64,000 nt of DNA, from assembly GCF_006345805.1 (NCBI RefSeq), contig NC_042998.1:134850001-134914000 (forward strand), written 5' to 3'. A program made the position numbers and the translations under genes. This stretch comes from Octopus sinensis (lineage: Eukaryota). Positions 1 to 14,213 of the stretch are shown here, one piece after another. The stretch's first letter is position 1, and each line of letters begins with the position of its first letter. The notes under the pieces were generated by a model, which made no database searches, was not told where the DNA came from, and saw only the letters and a program-made list of their open reading frames with translations.

Positions 1-110
1 GAATTGTTGCATAGCTAATTGCTCTATATAAAAAAAACCCTGCTACAAAAGAAGGTACTCAGTACTTGACTAGGAACCAAGAACTATTTTTTATAAAATA
101 ATGTATTTAC

Positions 111-198
111 CTTGAACATGCTGCCTTGTTGGCCATATTGCTTGTACCATAAACTCCAAGACATGCCTGCTGCTTTTCAATAACTTTGGTAATAAATA
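111..198 (-). CDS. THADA: THADA/TRM732 orthologue, internal exon (gene continues off the left edge)
   Basis: ttgacag|...|gtaaat; phase 0 to 1; YLLPKLLKSSRHVLEFMVQAIWPTRQHVQ resembles recalled human YYLPKLLSYSPESLQYMVKIL. Confidence 0.9.
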
Positions 199-1008
199 CT
201 GTCAATAGAAATTAAGAATTTACTGTATTGTTACCATTGATGTTGATACTGCTGCTGAAGTAGTATTAGTGTCTAATATGTACAACTACAAATAAACATT
301 ATGAGTCATATGTATGGTGACCAACAGATGTAGTAACCAACAGACATAGAGATCAATAAACTTGGTACAGGCAGAACATTAAAATTAAGAAGTTTGTTTC
401 ATGTAACTATGTTGCTCCAACTGCACTATGGACAAGTATCTTCAACCACAACCTCAATCCAAGCTTCAGGTAAACAGAAACTGTGTAGTAGCCTGCCAAA
501 TGCACTATCCTTGAGCAGTAGACTCAATTATTGTCTAGTTTAACCACATTATTTGGCTCTTGGATGTCTTCAGAAGAGACCCCTCAGTTGCAAGCGAACA
601 GATTTGATCTCAAGACTGAGGATATCAAGGTAATCTTCTCTTTCTATCACAAGTCTCAGAGGTCTTTCAATATTACAGGTATTACCCTTTTTTTCTTTGA
701 CTAAACCCAGCAAAAATTTATGGTAACAAACATAAAAGGACATACCAGCAAACATATATATACACTGACCAACAGATATCATGGTTAATGAGTGGTTGAT
801 GAATACAGAAATAAATACAAGTAATGACCAAAAGGCATGGCAGTCAACAGATAAAAAAGTTAGTAAACAGTTACTAATAGCCACCAGAAATTCATGGTGA
901 AACAGTTTAAATGTCAATAAGTGCATTAGCTAACCATTGTGGTGTTAATCTCATGGAATGTTTGAAAGAGAAGAGTTTAGAAATGAAATGATAAAATATT
1001 ATACTGAC

Positions 1009-1236
1009 TTCTGTAATATGGATATTTAGCTTAGATTCAATTGATTCTGTACAAAGAAGATGAACAACAGGTTGAATCCATTGGTGGCACCAAGCCTGTC
1101 TCTGACTGCAGCACAATTCACCAGATGTATTCTTCCCGTCCTTCACACTCTTCATAGTGGAACCACATTCTTTACACTTATTAACCCAGAGTTCCTGCTG
1201 GTGTTTCTGTAAAAGTTTCTCATAGAGTTCACTTGC
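1009..1236 (-). CDS. THADA: THADA exon
   Basis: catacag|...|gtcagt; 228 nt, phase 0 to 0; ASELYEKLLQKH...AWCHQWIQPVVHLLCTESIESKLNIHITE vs human ASDLLETMFRNH...QWHETWVSPLLFILCE. Confidence 0.9.
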
Positions 1237-1986
1237 CTGTATGTAGAAGAATTAAATAATTTTGAAATTAAATTACCAAAAGGGTCTGGAGAAATTGCTT
1301 TCATAAACTAAACACAGTATTTTTAGAATTGGACAACTATATAACTGACTCCATAAAATGATTTCTTCCCTTCACACAAGGTCAATTTTTGAAGAACAGT
1401 TGGACTGAATTTAGCCCAGTGTTATCTCCTCAATTCTCTGAGATACAAAGAATGAAACTGAGTCTTGGCAGGATTTGAATTCAAAAGATAGTGAGACGAA
1501 ACTACATCATCAACATTTTAATGTCCATTTTCCATACCTGCACTGGTCAGATGGAGTTTATTGAGGTAGATTTTCTATGTTCGGATGATCTTCTTGTCAC
1601 TAACCCTCACCTATTTCCAAGCAAGGTAATATGACCAGATATGTTTTTGTAGAATATCAGAAATGGATGACAATGAATGTATGACAATGACACTCATTTA
1701 CAACTATCATTCAATGTCAAGACAAGGAGACACAAACACACACACACATGCATGCACGCACACACACACACACTCACACAACAGGCTTTTTTCAGTTTCT
1801 GTCCACCAAATCCACTCACAAGATTTTGTTCAGCGTGGCAGCTTTGGGCTATAGTAGAGAACACTTGCCAAAGGTACCATGATGCAATGGAACTAAAACT
1901 GAAACCATGTGATTGGGAAGCAAACCATGCCTGTGCCTAAACATTATAATATATTTAGTTTAGTAAACCATTATTTCTACCAACTC

Positions 1987-2223
1987 TTATTTCTTTATTG
2001 CCCACAAGGGGCTAAATATAGAGGGGACAAACAAGGACAGACAAAGGGATTAAGTCGATTACATTGACCCCCAGTGCGTAACTGGTACTTATTTAATCGA
2101 CCCCGAAAGGATGAAAGGCAAAGTCGACCTCAGCGGAATTTGAACTCAGAACGTAACGGCAGACGAAATACTGCTAAGCATTTCGCTCGGCATGCTAATG
2201 TTTCTGCCAGCCCGCCACCTTTT
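1987..2223 (-). mobile_element. tRNA-derived octopus SINE (family A), near full length
   Basis: Matches many copies in the window; flanked by 13-bp TSD TTTCTACCAACTC (1974-1986 and 2224-2236). Confidence 0.85.
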
Positions 2224-3237
2224 TTTCTACCAACTCACCACACAACAAGCTTCTCATACATCAAACCTCCTCCTCATCCTAACATTCTCACAAAACCCAT
2301 TACATATTCCTTTCAACTAGATTTTATGAAGATTAGACAAACCTATTACTGTTAGACCCAGCAAAATGCCTTCAGTGTATATAAACTAATGTTCCATAAA
2401 CTATGAATTTAATACTTATTTACTGTTATTTCACCTCTACAATGAAGCAAAGGCAAATGTCAGTGCCAAAACGAAGCAAATAGGAATGCCAGTTCAATGA
2501 TTTTGATGGAGACTTTTCTATCAGGTTAGTATACCTACAGGTCTCTCTAATTCCTTATTTTACATGAAGTGTTGGTGTTGAAAATGTTGTAAAGACAAAT
2601 GATTTTCTAACAGATAGAGTTAAGCATAAAGAAGTTAAGGTATCAGTTTTCAGCTAAATCAAATGAAGCAAATAACATTGCCTCTCCTACAAATACAATA
2701 TGAAACAATAATCAAAGCTCAAGCCAATGACGTAACCTCTACATAGTCATTCAAAATGTTAAAAACAGCAGCTAAATCTCACTAAAATCACACCATACCA
2801 TCTTATGGAAAAGACACATCAGATAATATCATTCTAGGTTTGTAGTGTTTAATTTGGCCTTTTATGTTCTGAACTCAAATACTGCCAAGTTCAACTCTGT
2901 TTTTCATCCTTCTGAGGTTAATATAATAAAGCACCGGTCAAGTACTGTGTTGATTTAATATTCTTGTAGAGCATTCTAGATCAGAATAAAATTATAGTAG
3001 AATGCATTAAGTAATAGAGTTCTATGTCTCTGAAAAAACAGAATTGTCAATGCCAGAATACCTTTGAATATTTAATCAATGTGGACATGGAATTAAATCA
3101 CAACAATCATGACAGCAGGTTTCCAGTAATTTAGAATCTTAATTGGCCAGATTCAGTGCATGGATTTGAAGAACAATCCAACCCATACATTAGAGAAAGT
3201 GAATAAATAATGTTATAGAGTTAAGATAAACACTTAC

Positions 3238-3434
3238 ATACGATGCCAATTGATGTTCTTTCATTTGTTGCAAGATGGAATCAGTTATATTAGGTTCCAA
3301 TTGTAATATAGCTTTAGAACCAAACTGGTTAACTAGGCAGCACAAAGCACCATATTTTCCTTTACTGCTCCAGCTGATATCTTGGAGCAGCCTGACAGTT
3401 AACTCAGACACAAACTCCATATTGCTTCCAGGCT
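3238..3434 (-). CDS. THADA: THADA exon
   Basis: tttcag|...|gtaagt; phase 1 to 0; EFVSELTVRLLQDISWSSKGKYGALCCLVNQFG...HQLASY vs human FFVELTESLLRLEWHIKGKYTCLGCLVECIG...QSLVPY. Confidence 0.92.
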
Positions 3435-4977
3435 CTGAAATGATAGGAATAAATACAATTCATTATTCACATCATAAGATATTTAGAAATTTTGAGAGAT
3501 ATGAAATAAATCGCATTCATAACAGTGTATCTCAAAGTAGGATATTGGGTTAAAAAACCTTTTGGATAGAAAATGCTAAAGGCTGGTCATGTGACTCATA
3601 TTCTCATCTATAAACAAAACAGATGTTCTACCATTGTACCAAAATAATCTTTCAAATATTTTTCATCTATTTTAGAAACTTCAAGAGATATGAAATAATT
3701 CATTTTTTTTAATGGTGGAATTTAAAATAGTTAAAAGCATGTAGAATATTGTGTTAAAAAACTTCTTGAATAAAAAAAGTCAAAGGCTGCCTGTGGGACT
3801 CAAGCCCACATCTTCTGTAAACATGATAGATGTTCTACCATTATACCAAAGCAACCTTTTCGAAATCATTATGTCTTCTAAATTTGATAGACATTAGACA
3901 CTCGAATTTGGAGAATAATGAAGAAAAATTAGTAAAAACAATGAACAAAATTAAAGTCGAGAAGTTCCTAATTCAAATATATGACAAGTCAGAGATCAGG
4001 CAGTTCACTGTTTTATTAGGCACCTTTAGCAGAATTCTCTGTTGCAAACATTAAGGCCAGGTCTCCAGTTTCAGGATACCTTTTTCCCTCCCTGCCTTCT
4101 ACTGTTCTTGAACGTCTTATAAATGGGTGATAGGTATTGCCCTTTCTTCCAGACCAAGTCAGAGAAAGAAAAATCATTTAATTTCTTTCTAAACAACACT
4201 GTTTTCATGTGTCAATAAATGTATGCAGTCTTGTCCATTTACTAAGTGAGTATATCATCACTACTTGGGCAAGTATCATGAAGGTTATAATTCTCTGGGG
4301 TGAAAATAAAGCCAAAACATATTAGCAGTTGTCTTCTATACTTGCCTTATAAACAATAATAATGTTGGTTTTTTCTCACAGTGTATCTATTTCTAGTTAG
4401 TTTTTTAATGATGTGGCCACAACCATCACCCAACTTTACCATGCTTGCATGGGTTAGACAGAATTTGTTGGAGCAGGTTTTCTGTGGTTGGATGCCCTTC
4501 CTGTTGCCAACCATCACCTGTTTCCAAGTAAGTTACTATTTCCTCATGATCTGACATGTCACAGAAGATTGCAAACAAACACTACCATTTATATGGTTGT
4601 GATGCTCAGTCTATGTGTGATGTCAAGACAAGGGAACACAAACACACACATGCATCTACATACACACACACGCACACACACAAATGCACACATCTCATAA
4701 GACTGGACTATGTGATGGCTTAAACTGTTAGAAATATCAGATACAACACCCTCTGCTGTTGACAAAAAGGAAGGACACATTGAATAATGAAATTATAGAT
4801 ATATTATGCCTGAAAAATAAAAAGTAGGATGGTTATGGCTGGATCAACTTTGATCATTAGTCAGTTCAATCAGGGCTGATATAGTATGAAACAGCAACAG
4901 CAACTATGCTTATAAGAAACTGAGATGGGGCTAACACTAACTTACCCATAATAAAAATAAGTTCTAACTAGACTTAC

Positions 4978-5050
4978 CATGGGCAATAGTAGCATGTTGA
5001 TATATAATAACCATGTTCTGGAATATGTTCCTGGCAGTCAATCGTATAGC
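4978..5050 (-). CDS. THADA: THADA exon
   Basis: ctttcag|...|gtaagt; phase 0 to 1; AIRLTARNIFQNMVIIYQHATIAH vs human ALRHQTKIMFKNLLQMH. Confidence 0.9.
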
Positions 5051-5240
5051 CTGAAAGAAGTGTAAAATCAAAATCAATTCAATAGAATAATAAACAAATA
5101 AAATACACACGCAATATTCAAACAAGCACTAAACATTACAAGAACTAATTTGAAACAGAAAACTGTAATAAGCTCAGTGAAGGGACTCGAGTGAAGTACC
5201 AATCACCTACATATCAGTTATGTTATTGATTACACTATAG

Positions 5241-6411
5241 TGTTACGGTTGGCTAAGTGCATTTCGGGTTTAATTAGTGTAGTGTTTCTGGTGACCCACA
5301 TAGGAATAATGGCACCATGATGTCTGGTGAAATGTGACGGGTTCTTTGTCTAATGGAGGACTGATGGGTTTTGGAAGGACCTGTGACCTCGTGCGGTTGA
5401 GAAGAGGGTCAGTGAGAAGTGAAAGAGAAAAGGGACAGATTAAGGGAATCTAAGAGCAGATGGAGAGGGTATTGACAGTAAGAGAGAAGGACAGGCAGAG
5501 AGTATGGTAGAGCTGTCATGAGAGGGTAAGGGACAGTAGGCGATAGCGATAGAGTAAGAGCAGAGGGCAAATAGAAAGGATAAGCAGTAAGGGACAGATT
5601 GAGGATAGAGATAGGCAGGAAGGGAGCAGGGCAGTTAGAGAGGGTATGAGCGGTACAGAGGGAGATGAGGGAGTGGAAGAAGGACAGAGACGAAGGAGGT
5701 CTTGGCAGTCGTTGAGCGGTCGTCGAAGAACACAGACGGATCTTGCGGTCGCTGGCCGGTCCTCGAAGAAGACAGACGGACCTTGGATTTAAGGAGCAAG
5801 CGTTGGAATTCTTAGGAGCAAGTTGGATGCGAGAAAGCTTGGTGGCACAGAAGGGAATTAGCAGTATTCAGAGGAATTAGCAGTATTGAGAGGAATGGGA
5901 CACTGGCAGATTCAATTAGGAATCGAGGTATGTGTTTGTGCATTGATATGTGTCACGAGGTAAAGAGACTGTAAAAGAAAAGAAAGAGAGAGAAAAAGAA
6001 GGACTCTGTCGATGTGGTCGATAAAGGACATTGTGAAGAAGAAGAGTAAAGGACTTGTTGTCTTGGGACGTGTACTCTTGAATTGTTACATGATGTTGTA
6101 TTATGCTTTGATCTGTTGTATTATGTATTGAGTAGTCACGTGCATGTCTTCCTTTAAATGTCTGCCTTAAATGTATTTGATGTGTAGCAATTGTAATTGT
6201 CGTATAAACTGTTGTTTGAATATAAGCCAGTGTTGCCAGTTGTTGCCTTGCCTCTTTGGGTTGTATCTCGGGTTGTGCCTCTGTATCTCTGTGCTGTTGG
6301 GGTTGTGGCAGTATCTATCTGTATCTCCTCTCTCCGCCTCTTTGGGTTCCGTGGCGGAACTTGTGTGAGCCGTTCGGGACGGGCGACGACGGGTGATTCC
6401 GTTTCATAACA
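5241..6411 (-). mobile_element. Solo LTR (Gypsy-like) in a THADA intron
   Basis: TGTTA...TAACA termini, 4-bp TSD ATAG on both sides, CpG-richer than its flanks, no internal coding region. Confidence 0.75.
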
Positions 6412-8939
6412 ATAGATTGTGTTTTAAAAAAATATTTATATGTCAGCCACAGAAGAAGAATCCACAAGGTCCTGTCCTTGTTACATTGTGGTGGCTTGTG
6501 CACCTCAATGATCCTGAGAGCTATGCCAGTGAAGCTCAAGCTCCTGATAGGGCCTCCCATGCTGGTCAGGTCAAAGGATAGAAGCCAGACAAATATGGAC
6601 TATCTCTTCCCAGAAGTGAAAATGGGTTTGCTTAGGGTCAACAGCCCTACTGAGAAAAAAGTAAAGTTACAGAAGTATTGATGACAATTCAAAACCAACA
6701 AGACATGATCGAGATAGGCCTTCCCTTAGGGAAACATGACATGGTGTAGCAAAATCTAAAAAGAAACTGCAAGGGAAAAGCAGAGTTCCAACTGGAGAGA
6801 AGCACAAAAGACAGCCCATCGTCAAGAACAAAGGAGATAAGTTGCTGATGGTCTATGCTCTACAGGGAGTAAAGGGCTTATGTAAGTTCAAAAGAGTAGC
6901 TCACATGATCCTCTTACAACCTCCAAGGTTGTTGGGAGGAAAAGATGAAATAATCCTCAGGCTGGATAAATAGACCAAATGGCTGCAACAGAATAGAGTC
7001 TGCTAAAGGATCCAACAACGGCCAGATGGTGGTGTTAAATCAGATGACTGATTAAATCAACCACACACAAACAACAGTAGTTCAGGGCAGTTTCTGTTTC
7101 ATCAATTTATCATTATTTTACATTTATTTTCCATGTTAGTATGGGTTAGATGAATCATCAGTCTGAGACATGTCTTAATTGGAATGACTGCCCTCCAGGT
7201 GGGAAAGAAGCTGTATCTTACACCTATGTTTTATTTCTTTGACATAGTTTCTTCAGTTGGATGCTCTTCCTAACGCCAACCACTTTACAATATGTACTAG
7301 TACATTTTATCATATCAGAACCTCCAGAGAGGTTATCTTGTACTTGGCAAGACTAATGAGGAAGAATAGAAAACAGAACTGAGTCAAGAGGGTGACAGAA
7401 AAAATATTAATAAGAGTGAGGTGACAGAGGAGGCAGTAATGAAAGAGAGAATGATAAGATGTTGGTAAGAAAATTAAATAGAAAAACAGTATGAGCAGTA
7501 TAATTAAAAAAGAGAAATAGGAGGAAGGAGAAAGGCAGGGAAATAGGAGAGAGTAAATGAAATGAAAGTGACTGGTGGGAGAGAGTGATAATGGAGAGTG
7601 CAATGTAAGAGAGAAAGAGTAATAAATAGCGACAAAGATGACTGATGGTAGAGCAGCTGATGGTATGAGGGAAAGAGAAAAAATGATGTCAACAATTGGT
7701 GATTTGGGAGGGATTAATGGGGAGAGAATGAGAGTGATAGAAAAGGATCGTGGCAGGAGGATTAAACAAGGAAGATCTGATGTTATCCATTGTAACAATG
7801 ATAAGAGAGAGAGACAAAGTCATACATGGGGGGGGGGGGCAAAGAGATGGGGAGCATAGTAAACGAAGACCTAAGAACTTAATGAGAGAAAGATTTACAT
7901 GTACATGTTATACCTCCTCACCTCTATCACCATCACCACCATTTTAACATCTGTTTTGGCAGGCTTGTGTGAGCATGTCTTCTCCAACACCATATTTCAC
8001 CTTTTGTTGTGGTCCTTTCTCATCTCTATTGGGTGGGAGACTTTTGTGTATCTGTGTGTCCATTCCTGTATGTGTGCAAACAGACACACATACATATATC
8101 ATGCCAAAACTCAAAACTGAGACCCTGGAGCAAAATGTAGCCCTCAGATCCATTGGATCTTGTCAAAACAGGCAACTCAAACCAATATAAAAAGCAGATG
8201 GGTAAATATCAATATTTAACATCCACTTTCCCAACATCACTTGCGTTGACAGTGATGTTCTTTTACAACCATCACATAATGTTATGACAAGGGTGGGTGG
8301 GTACATACATAATGTACACAAAGAGACTCTGGCACTTCATTGGTAGGGTTCCAGTTGATCCAATCAATGGGACAACCTGCTCATGAAATTAAAGTGCAAG
8401 TGACTGAACACTCCACAGACACATGAACCCTTAACATAGTTCTCAAGGAGAATGTGACAAGGCTGGTCCTTTGAAATACAAGTACAATTCATTTTTGCCA
8501 GCTGAGTGGACTGGAGCAATGTGAAAGAAAATGTCTTGCTCAAGGACACAATGCAGTGCCAGGAATTGAACTTATGACCTGATGATCATGAATCAAGTAC
8601 CCTAACCACTAAGCCACATGCCTTCAGTACAAACACACACATATAAACACAATGGGCTTCTTTCAGTTTCCATTTACTAAATCCACTCACATGACTTTGG
8701 TTGGCCCAGAGCCAGAGTTAAAACAATTGCCTAAGGTGCGTATAGTGGGACTGAACCCAAGACCACATAGCTAGGAAGGAAGCTTCTTAACAATCCCCAC
8801 CTCCAAATACACGCACACATACATGTGGCAATATGTTAATATAATATATTAGCAGTATTAACCATCATATAACTTGAAGACAAATTTAATGAAGTGTAAG
8901 CAAAAGAAAGAAGTTAAAAAGTACAACAATTCTACTCAC

Positions 8940-9057
8940 ATCAGAGTGATCCTCCCAAGCCGTCCATATGAAGTCCATGATGCGAGAAAACATACCATGC
9001 TTGGCCAAAAGAGAAACTATGTGAATCTGCTCAATTCTCCCTTCTTTCAGGGCTATA
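8940..9057 (-). CDS. THADA: THADA exon
   Basis: ctcaacag|...|gtgagt; phase 2 to 0; ...GMFSRIMDFIWTAWEDHSD vs human IVGRLLEYVYTHWEHPLD. Confidence 0.9.
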
Positions 9058-9299
9058 CTGTTGAGAACATGAAAAATTGAATGTCACATCAAATAAAATA
9101 ACATAGAGCAACACATTAGAATATATGCAGTTTTTGGTTTGCCATTGAAATTATCTTCATGTAAGTGTTTTCCATGTTGGCATGGGTTGGATAAGATTTT
9201 ATTCTATCTTTTATCTTCTACTTGTTTCAATCATTAGACTGCAGCCATACTGGGGTACTGTCTTGTTTATTTATTAAACGTTATTACTGTTATTTCTTT

Positions 9300-9542
9300 A
9301 TTTTCTGCAAACAAAATGCACAAAAAAAGCTACACGTTTGCATTATGTTATATATACAATAATAATAAAGGACGTTACCATACACATTTTTACAAACCTA
9401 GGACGTTATATAGACCTCCTTAACTCAACTTAGAGAAGGGGTGCATATTATACACAAGGTTTAGGTTTTTCAGAGGTGCAGCCCGCTAAAAATCCCCTGC
9501 GTATTATATTCAAGGGCGGACTATACTCGAGGACTTACGGTA
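9300..9542. mobile_element. Tigger/pogo-like DNA transposon end
   Basis: Ends in ...tatactcgaggacttacggta, a Tigger-type TIR next to TA. Confidence 0.5.
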
Positions 9543-9809
9543 CACAGCACTGGCATCGGCCATGACTATGATTTTACATTGCTTGACATGTCTTCTCAAG
9601 CACAGCATATTGCCCAATGTCCAATAGGTGCTTGTTACATGCCAGTTAAGTGACACTGGCATCAGCCACAACTACGATCTCACTTGGCTTGACAGGTTTT
9701 CTCAAGCACGGTATATCACTATCATTACACATGCACACTTTATACCATTTGAGCCAGAGGCTGTGCTCATGGTTGGGTACTGCTATTGATACAACTTAAT
9801 TTATTTCAT

Positions 9810-10150
9810 TTCTTCTGTCCATGGTTGGTGTTGATGAATGAGACAGTTGTATATCACCATACACATTTGCATTTCTTACTGTGATGTGGATTCATCTGAA
9901 ACCTCAGATAAAAATTTGTCTAAGTGTTTTATAAATACATCTGCATCAATGACTTGCAGATCTCTAAGGTTTTCACCAATGTGGTAAAAAGCTGTGGGCC
10001 TTTGGATCTCTATACTGACACATTATCAGGCCCTTACTCTAAATGGATAGGGTGGCATCTTTGATATTGTGCAGTGACATGTAGTTCAGATGGGTGAGAG
10101 GGTATAGCTTTCAATCCCAAAGTTTTGGTGCAAAACTCTTCAGAATCTTC
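9810..10150 (-). mobile_element. Decayed CR1/L2-group LINE 3' end
   Basis: Frameshifted minus-strand translation includes GPQLF and FIKHLDKFLSEVSDE, typical of the post-RT C-terminus. Confidence 0.55.
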
Positions 10151-10969
10151 CATATATCATTATAATCATCATCATTTAGCATCCGCTTTCCATGCTAGCA
10201 TGGGTTGGACGGTTCAACTGGGGTCTGGGAAGCCAGAAGGCTGCACCTATATATATATATCACTGCATATCTTTCATATCATTGCCCTAGAGAATAAAAC
10301 TTCAATACTTTTAGCCTCTTCCAATAGCTCACTTGTGGCTTTGAAGCATCTTATGAGAACCCAACAAGGTTTGAAAATTAAGGTTGTTCACCAATTTTTC
10401 AGCCTTTGGAGAAATAGTTAAATTTGCCCTGTATGTATATCTGTTGCATAGTTTGCATAATATATATAAGTTACTCATGGCGATGGTAATTTTTTTCCTG
10501 ATTAAACACATGCACTATTTAATTGATCTTCATTTTAGCTTTATTATTATTTCTAAATATCTGAAAGACAGAAATTCAGTAACAGTTCTTTAAAATAAAT
10601 GCTTTTTGTCAAGATAATGTGGCTGTCCTGAAAGGGATAATGATACTGTTGTTTTAGCCCTAAGAGACATTGTTTCTAACTGGGAAAGGAATATGGGGTG
10701 AAACTTGGGGAGGTGAGATGTTATTCAGCACCTGAAAAGAAGAGGGAGGTTGTTGTGTTCGTTTTTTATGCATGCTTCACCTTTTCTCACTTCTGACCTG
10801 ACATCGTTCAAACATTCAAGCGTGTTAAGATTGTTGCCCCTACTAGAGGAAGGAGCAGGTGTTAGCGGCATTGTAAGCACAAGCATTATGGTTATCGAAT
10901 AATGTAAATTTAAGCGGTGTAGCAAAATATGGATATTCCAATGTTAAATTAGGTAGGGAGTCAGCTAAA

Positions 10970-11630
10970 ATTGGTTGCATTTGTCCAAGGAGAGGGGATT
11001 GCAGGTATGATGGAGGGAACCACCAGCAGGGGGGGGGGTTCAGACAGAGAGAGAGAGAGGAAACAAGCTCATCTCTACATACACACAAATGCATGCACAT
11101 GTACCCACACACAGGAACAAGTTCACATGGACAGCCAAATAGCTTTCTCCTTCACTTGATAAGGCCAAGGAAAATTCCTGGGTAGTTGTTGGTATGTTTC
11201 TAGATGGAACAAAGACGAAACAAAAGATAGCTGGTTAAGTAGGTGGGCAGATAACCTGGTTGCATTTGTCCCAGTAGAGAGAGAGTGCAGGTAATATAAG
11301 GAACAGCACCAGTGGGGAGAGGGAATTGAGAGGAGACATCAGGTAATGGTGGTGACAAATTTCTAGACAGAATGAAACGAAAGATAGCCGGTTAAGTAGG
11401 TGGGCAGCTGGGCTAGTTGCATTTGTCCCAGGAGAGAGAGAAAGAGTGCAGGTAATATATAGAAAACAGCCCAGTGAGGAGGAGGGGGTTGGGAGAAGAG
11501 ACATCAAGTAATGATGGTGGGAGGAGAAAGAGATATCCGGTGTAGATGGTTGGAAGATAGAGATATCCAGTATTGGTGGTGGGGAAGATAAAGATATCCA
11601 GTATTGGTGGTGGGAGCGGGAGAGGGCAGG
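10970..11630 (+). repeat. Degenerate tandem repeat of about 150-280 bp (three units beginning gttgcatttgtcc) plus a 29-bp repeat (agatatccagtattggtggtggg)
   Basis: Direct repeats visible at about 10975, 11259 and 11416. Confidence 0.7.
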
Positions 11631-12179
11631 TGCACCATGAACAAACAAAGTTTAGTTTGGGAACATGGTACAAGCGATGAAAATAATGGTAATAATGAAA
11701 TTAAACAGACCGAGAAACGAGTAATTATCTTAACGAAATTACATAAAATTATATTTTGAAGAGACAGTTTAAATGGTTAGCTTATGAAAACTAGCTGTTA
11801 GTAAGTAATACATTTAAAGTGTTAATGGCAAATGAATGTACGAAAGATCGAAAAAAAAACAAGTGAATCTTACTAACAACTAGATGAGGACAAATATTCA
11901 TCAAATGTAAATAATGTTCAGTTTATTTGTTAAAGTTCTTTCATCACACATACTGTGACTTCTTCAACAACTTTCTGACCCATGTGTCTTCCAACCAAAA
12001 GTTAAAGCTAAAGTGAAGATCAAATAGTATGTGTGTTTAATTGGCAAGAGATGGCTATCCCCAAGTATAATATTATCATTTTCAACACATGATTTCACAT
12101 CAAGAATCTTGCAAAACAAATAGTTAAATGTATAAAGTGTTTATAAGAAAATAAGATAACAAATTAGTATTTAGCTTAC

Positions 12180-12245
12180 CCCATTTTAGATGTCCACAAA
12201 ATCAGGGACCTACAGCCCAAAAGTTTGGTACCAACATTTTCACTC
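12180..12245 (-). CDS. THADA: THADA exon
   Basis: gttttag|...|gtaagc; phase 2 to 2; SENVGTKLLGCRSLILWTSKM vs human KEPTLEMFLSRILASWTNS. Confidence 0.85.
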
Positions 12246-13251
12246 CTAAAACAAAAATTTATTGAATTTATTGAAACTCTCAAATATTATTAACAGGCAT
12301 TTTACAACTTTAAAAAAGTTATTTAATTTTTAAAAATTTTTATGCAAGTGTTAGTAACAAAGATGTTGAAACAGTTCTGTGATCTGGTGGTAAAATGCTG
12401 CAGTCTGAAGCTAAAAACACCAAAATTCAAGTTTGTTTAAGGATCTGTTTATCATCAATACACCTGAGTCTTTCATCCTTTTGGGGCTGATGAAATAAAG
12501 TACCAGCCAAGTAATGGAATTGAAGTAATTGACTACCCAGCAATCACTAAAATTGCTGGCTTTGTACCAAAATTTTAAACCATCATCATTATTATCATGA
12601 GTTCAAATAAGGTGGCAAGCTGGCAGAATCATTAGCATGTAGGACAAAATGCCTCACAGCATTTCATGTCTTTACAGTCTGAGTTCAAATTCTGCCAAGG
12701 TTGACTTCGCCTTTCATCCTTTTGGGATTGATAAATTAAGTACTAGTGAAACACTGGGGTTAATGTAATTTCAGGCCTTGTGCCTTTAGTAGAAATAATT
12801 ATTAGAAAGGATTATTATGAGTTCAAATTCTATGAAAATCAACTTTATTTATTAGCCCTGAAAGAATGAAAAGCAAAGAACCAGGCAAGTATGGGGACAA
12901 TGAAATTGATCAGCCCATCCCCACCCCAATCCTGCCACCTCCAAATTTCAAGCCTTATGCCTATATTAGAAACAAGTCATCATCACTTTTGTTATTTTTT
13001 CATGTCTATATCAAATCTTCCCACTTTTATACACAATCTTTTTGCATTCTTTGTTATTTCTCAAATCTTCCAAAGAAGAAAATCCAGTAAGGGACAACTG
13101 ACCAGCTGACTGATAGTTTGGACTGTTCCACAGTCACAAACAGGAGATACCACATTATGCTCCCATTTCATTTTGGGAGTGTCTATGAATTGTGCTAGCA
13201 CTATTTTCAATCTTTTGACAAATCAATCAAAGGATGCTAATGACTCCTTAC

Positions 13252-13508
13252 CTGGATATATTGACAAACAGTTGTCTTAGAACGATATTGAATATAGTGC
13301 AGTCTTCAGGTAAATGGTTGTTTTCTTTAAGGTAAGGTTGAGTTAGTTTTTCCAGAGGAATTACTGCTAGCATGGCAAATATTACTGACAATGAAGAAGA
13401 AGCTGATAACTCTGAAAGTGTTGGATTTGATAGTTCTGCATTTTGAAACCAATGAGGAAATGTTGACAACTGACACGGTGTATGTTTATGATCAAGCAAT
13501 GAAGAAAG
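13252..13508 (-). CDS. THADA: THADA exon
   Basis: ttttccag|...|gtaagg; phase 0 to 2; LSSLLDHK...STFPHWFQ...SLSVIFAMLAVI vs human ISSVLL...TSVPEWFM...AVLFLCQGTLAML. Confidence 0.85.
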
Positions 13509-14213
13509 CTGGAAAAGCAAAAAATATATGTATTAATAACAATTAATAACATTTAATTATTAACTACTAAGTTTTGGCTCTCTTTCATCCTTTCAATCTT
13601 TTAGACATTGACCACTCTCAGTATCAATCTGTCTTTTTCACTCTTGCTGTCTATTTTTCTATTTTTCTCTATTTCTCATTCCTTTCTTTTGCTTCATAGT
13701 TATACAGAAAGGACTCATCTCTCCAAAAGAAAAGAGAGATAAAAATAAAATGATCATCTTAATGTCTACTTTTCCATGCTAGAATGGGTGAGATGGAATT
13801 TGTTGAAGTGGATTTTCTAAGTTAGATGCTCTTTCTGTCACCAACCTTCACCTGTTTCCAAGTAAGGTAATATTTCTCAATGATCAGAAATATTTTCCCA
13901 GAAGATTGGAAGCAAAGGACACCATTTGTATAATGGTGGTTACACTCACTTAAAACTATCATGTGATGTCAAGGCAAAGAGATAGTAATACACGCATAAA
14001 CACAATGGGCTTCTTTCAGTTTCTACCCACCAAATCTACTCACAAGGCTTTGGCTGACCTGGGGCTACAGTAGAAGACACTTGCCCAAAGTGCCATGCAG
14101 TGGAACTGAGCCCAAAAGCATGTGAAACTTCTTACCACAATTCCATGCCTGTACCTAATAAAATTTTGAAAAAAAATGAAACTGATCAAATTTCTTTACA
14201 CCAGACAACTTAC

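Noticed and set aside
570-926. 118-aa ORF in a THADA intron
   Set aside because: Flanking exons (1009 and 198) already join in phase; no recognisable domain
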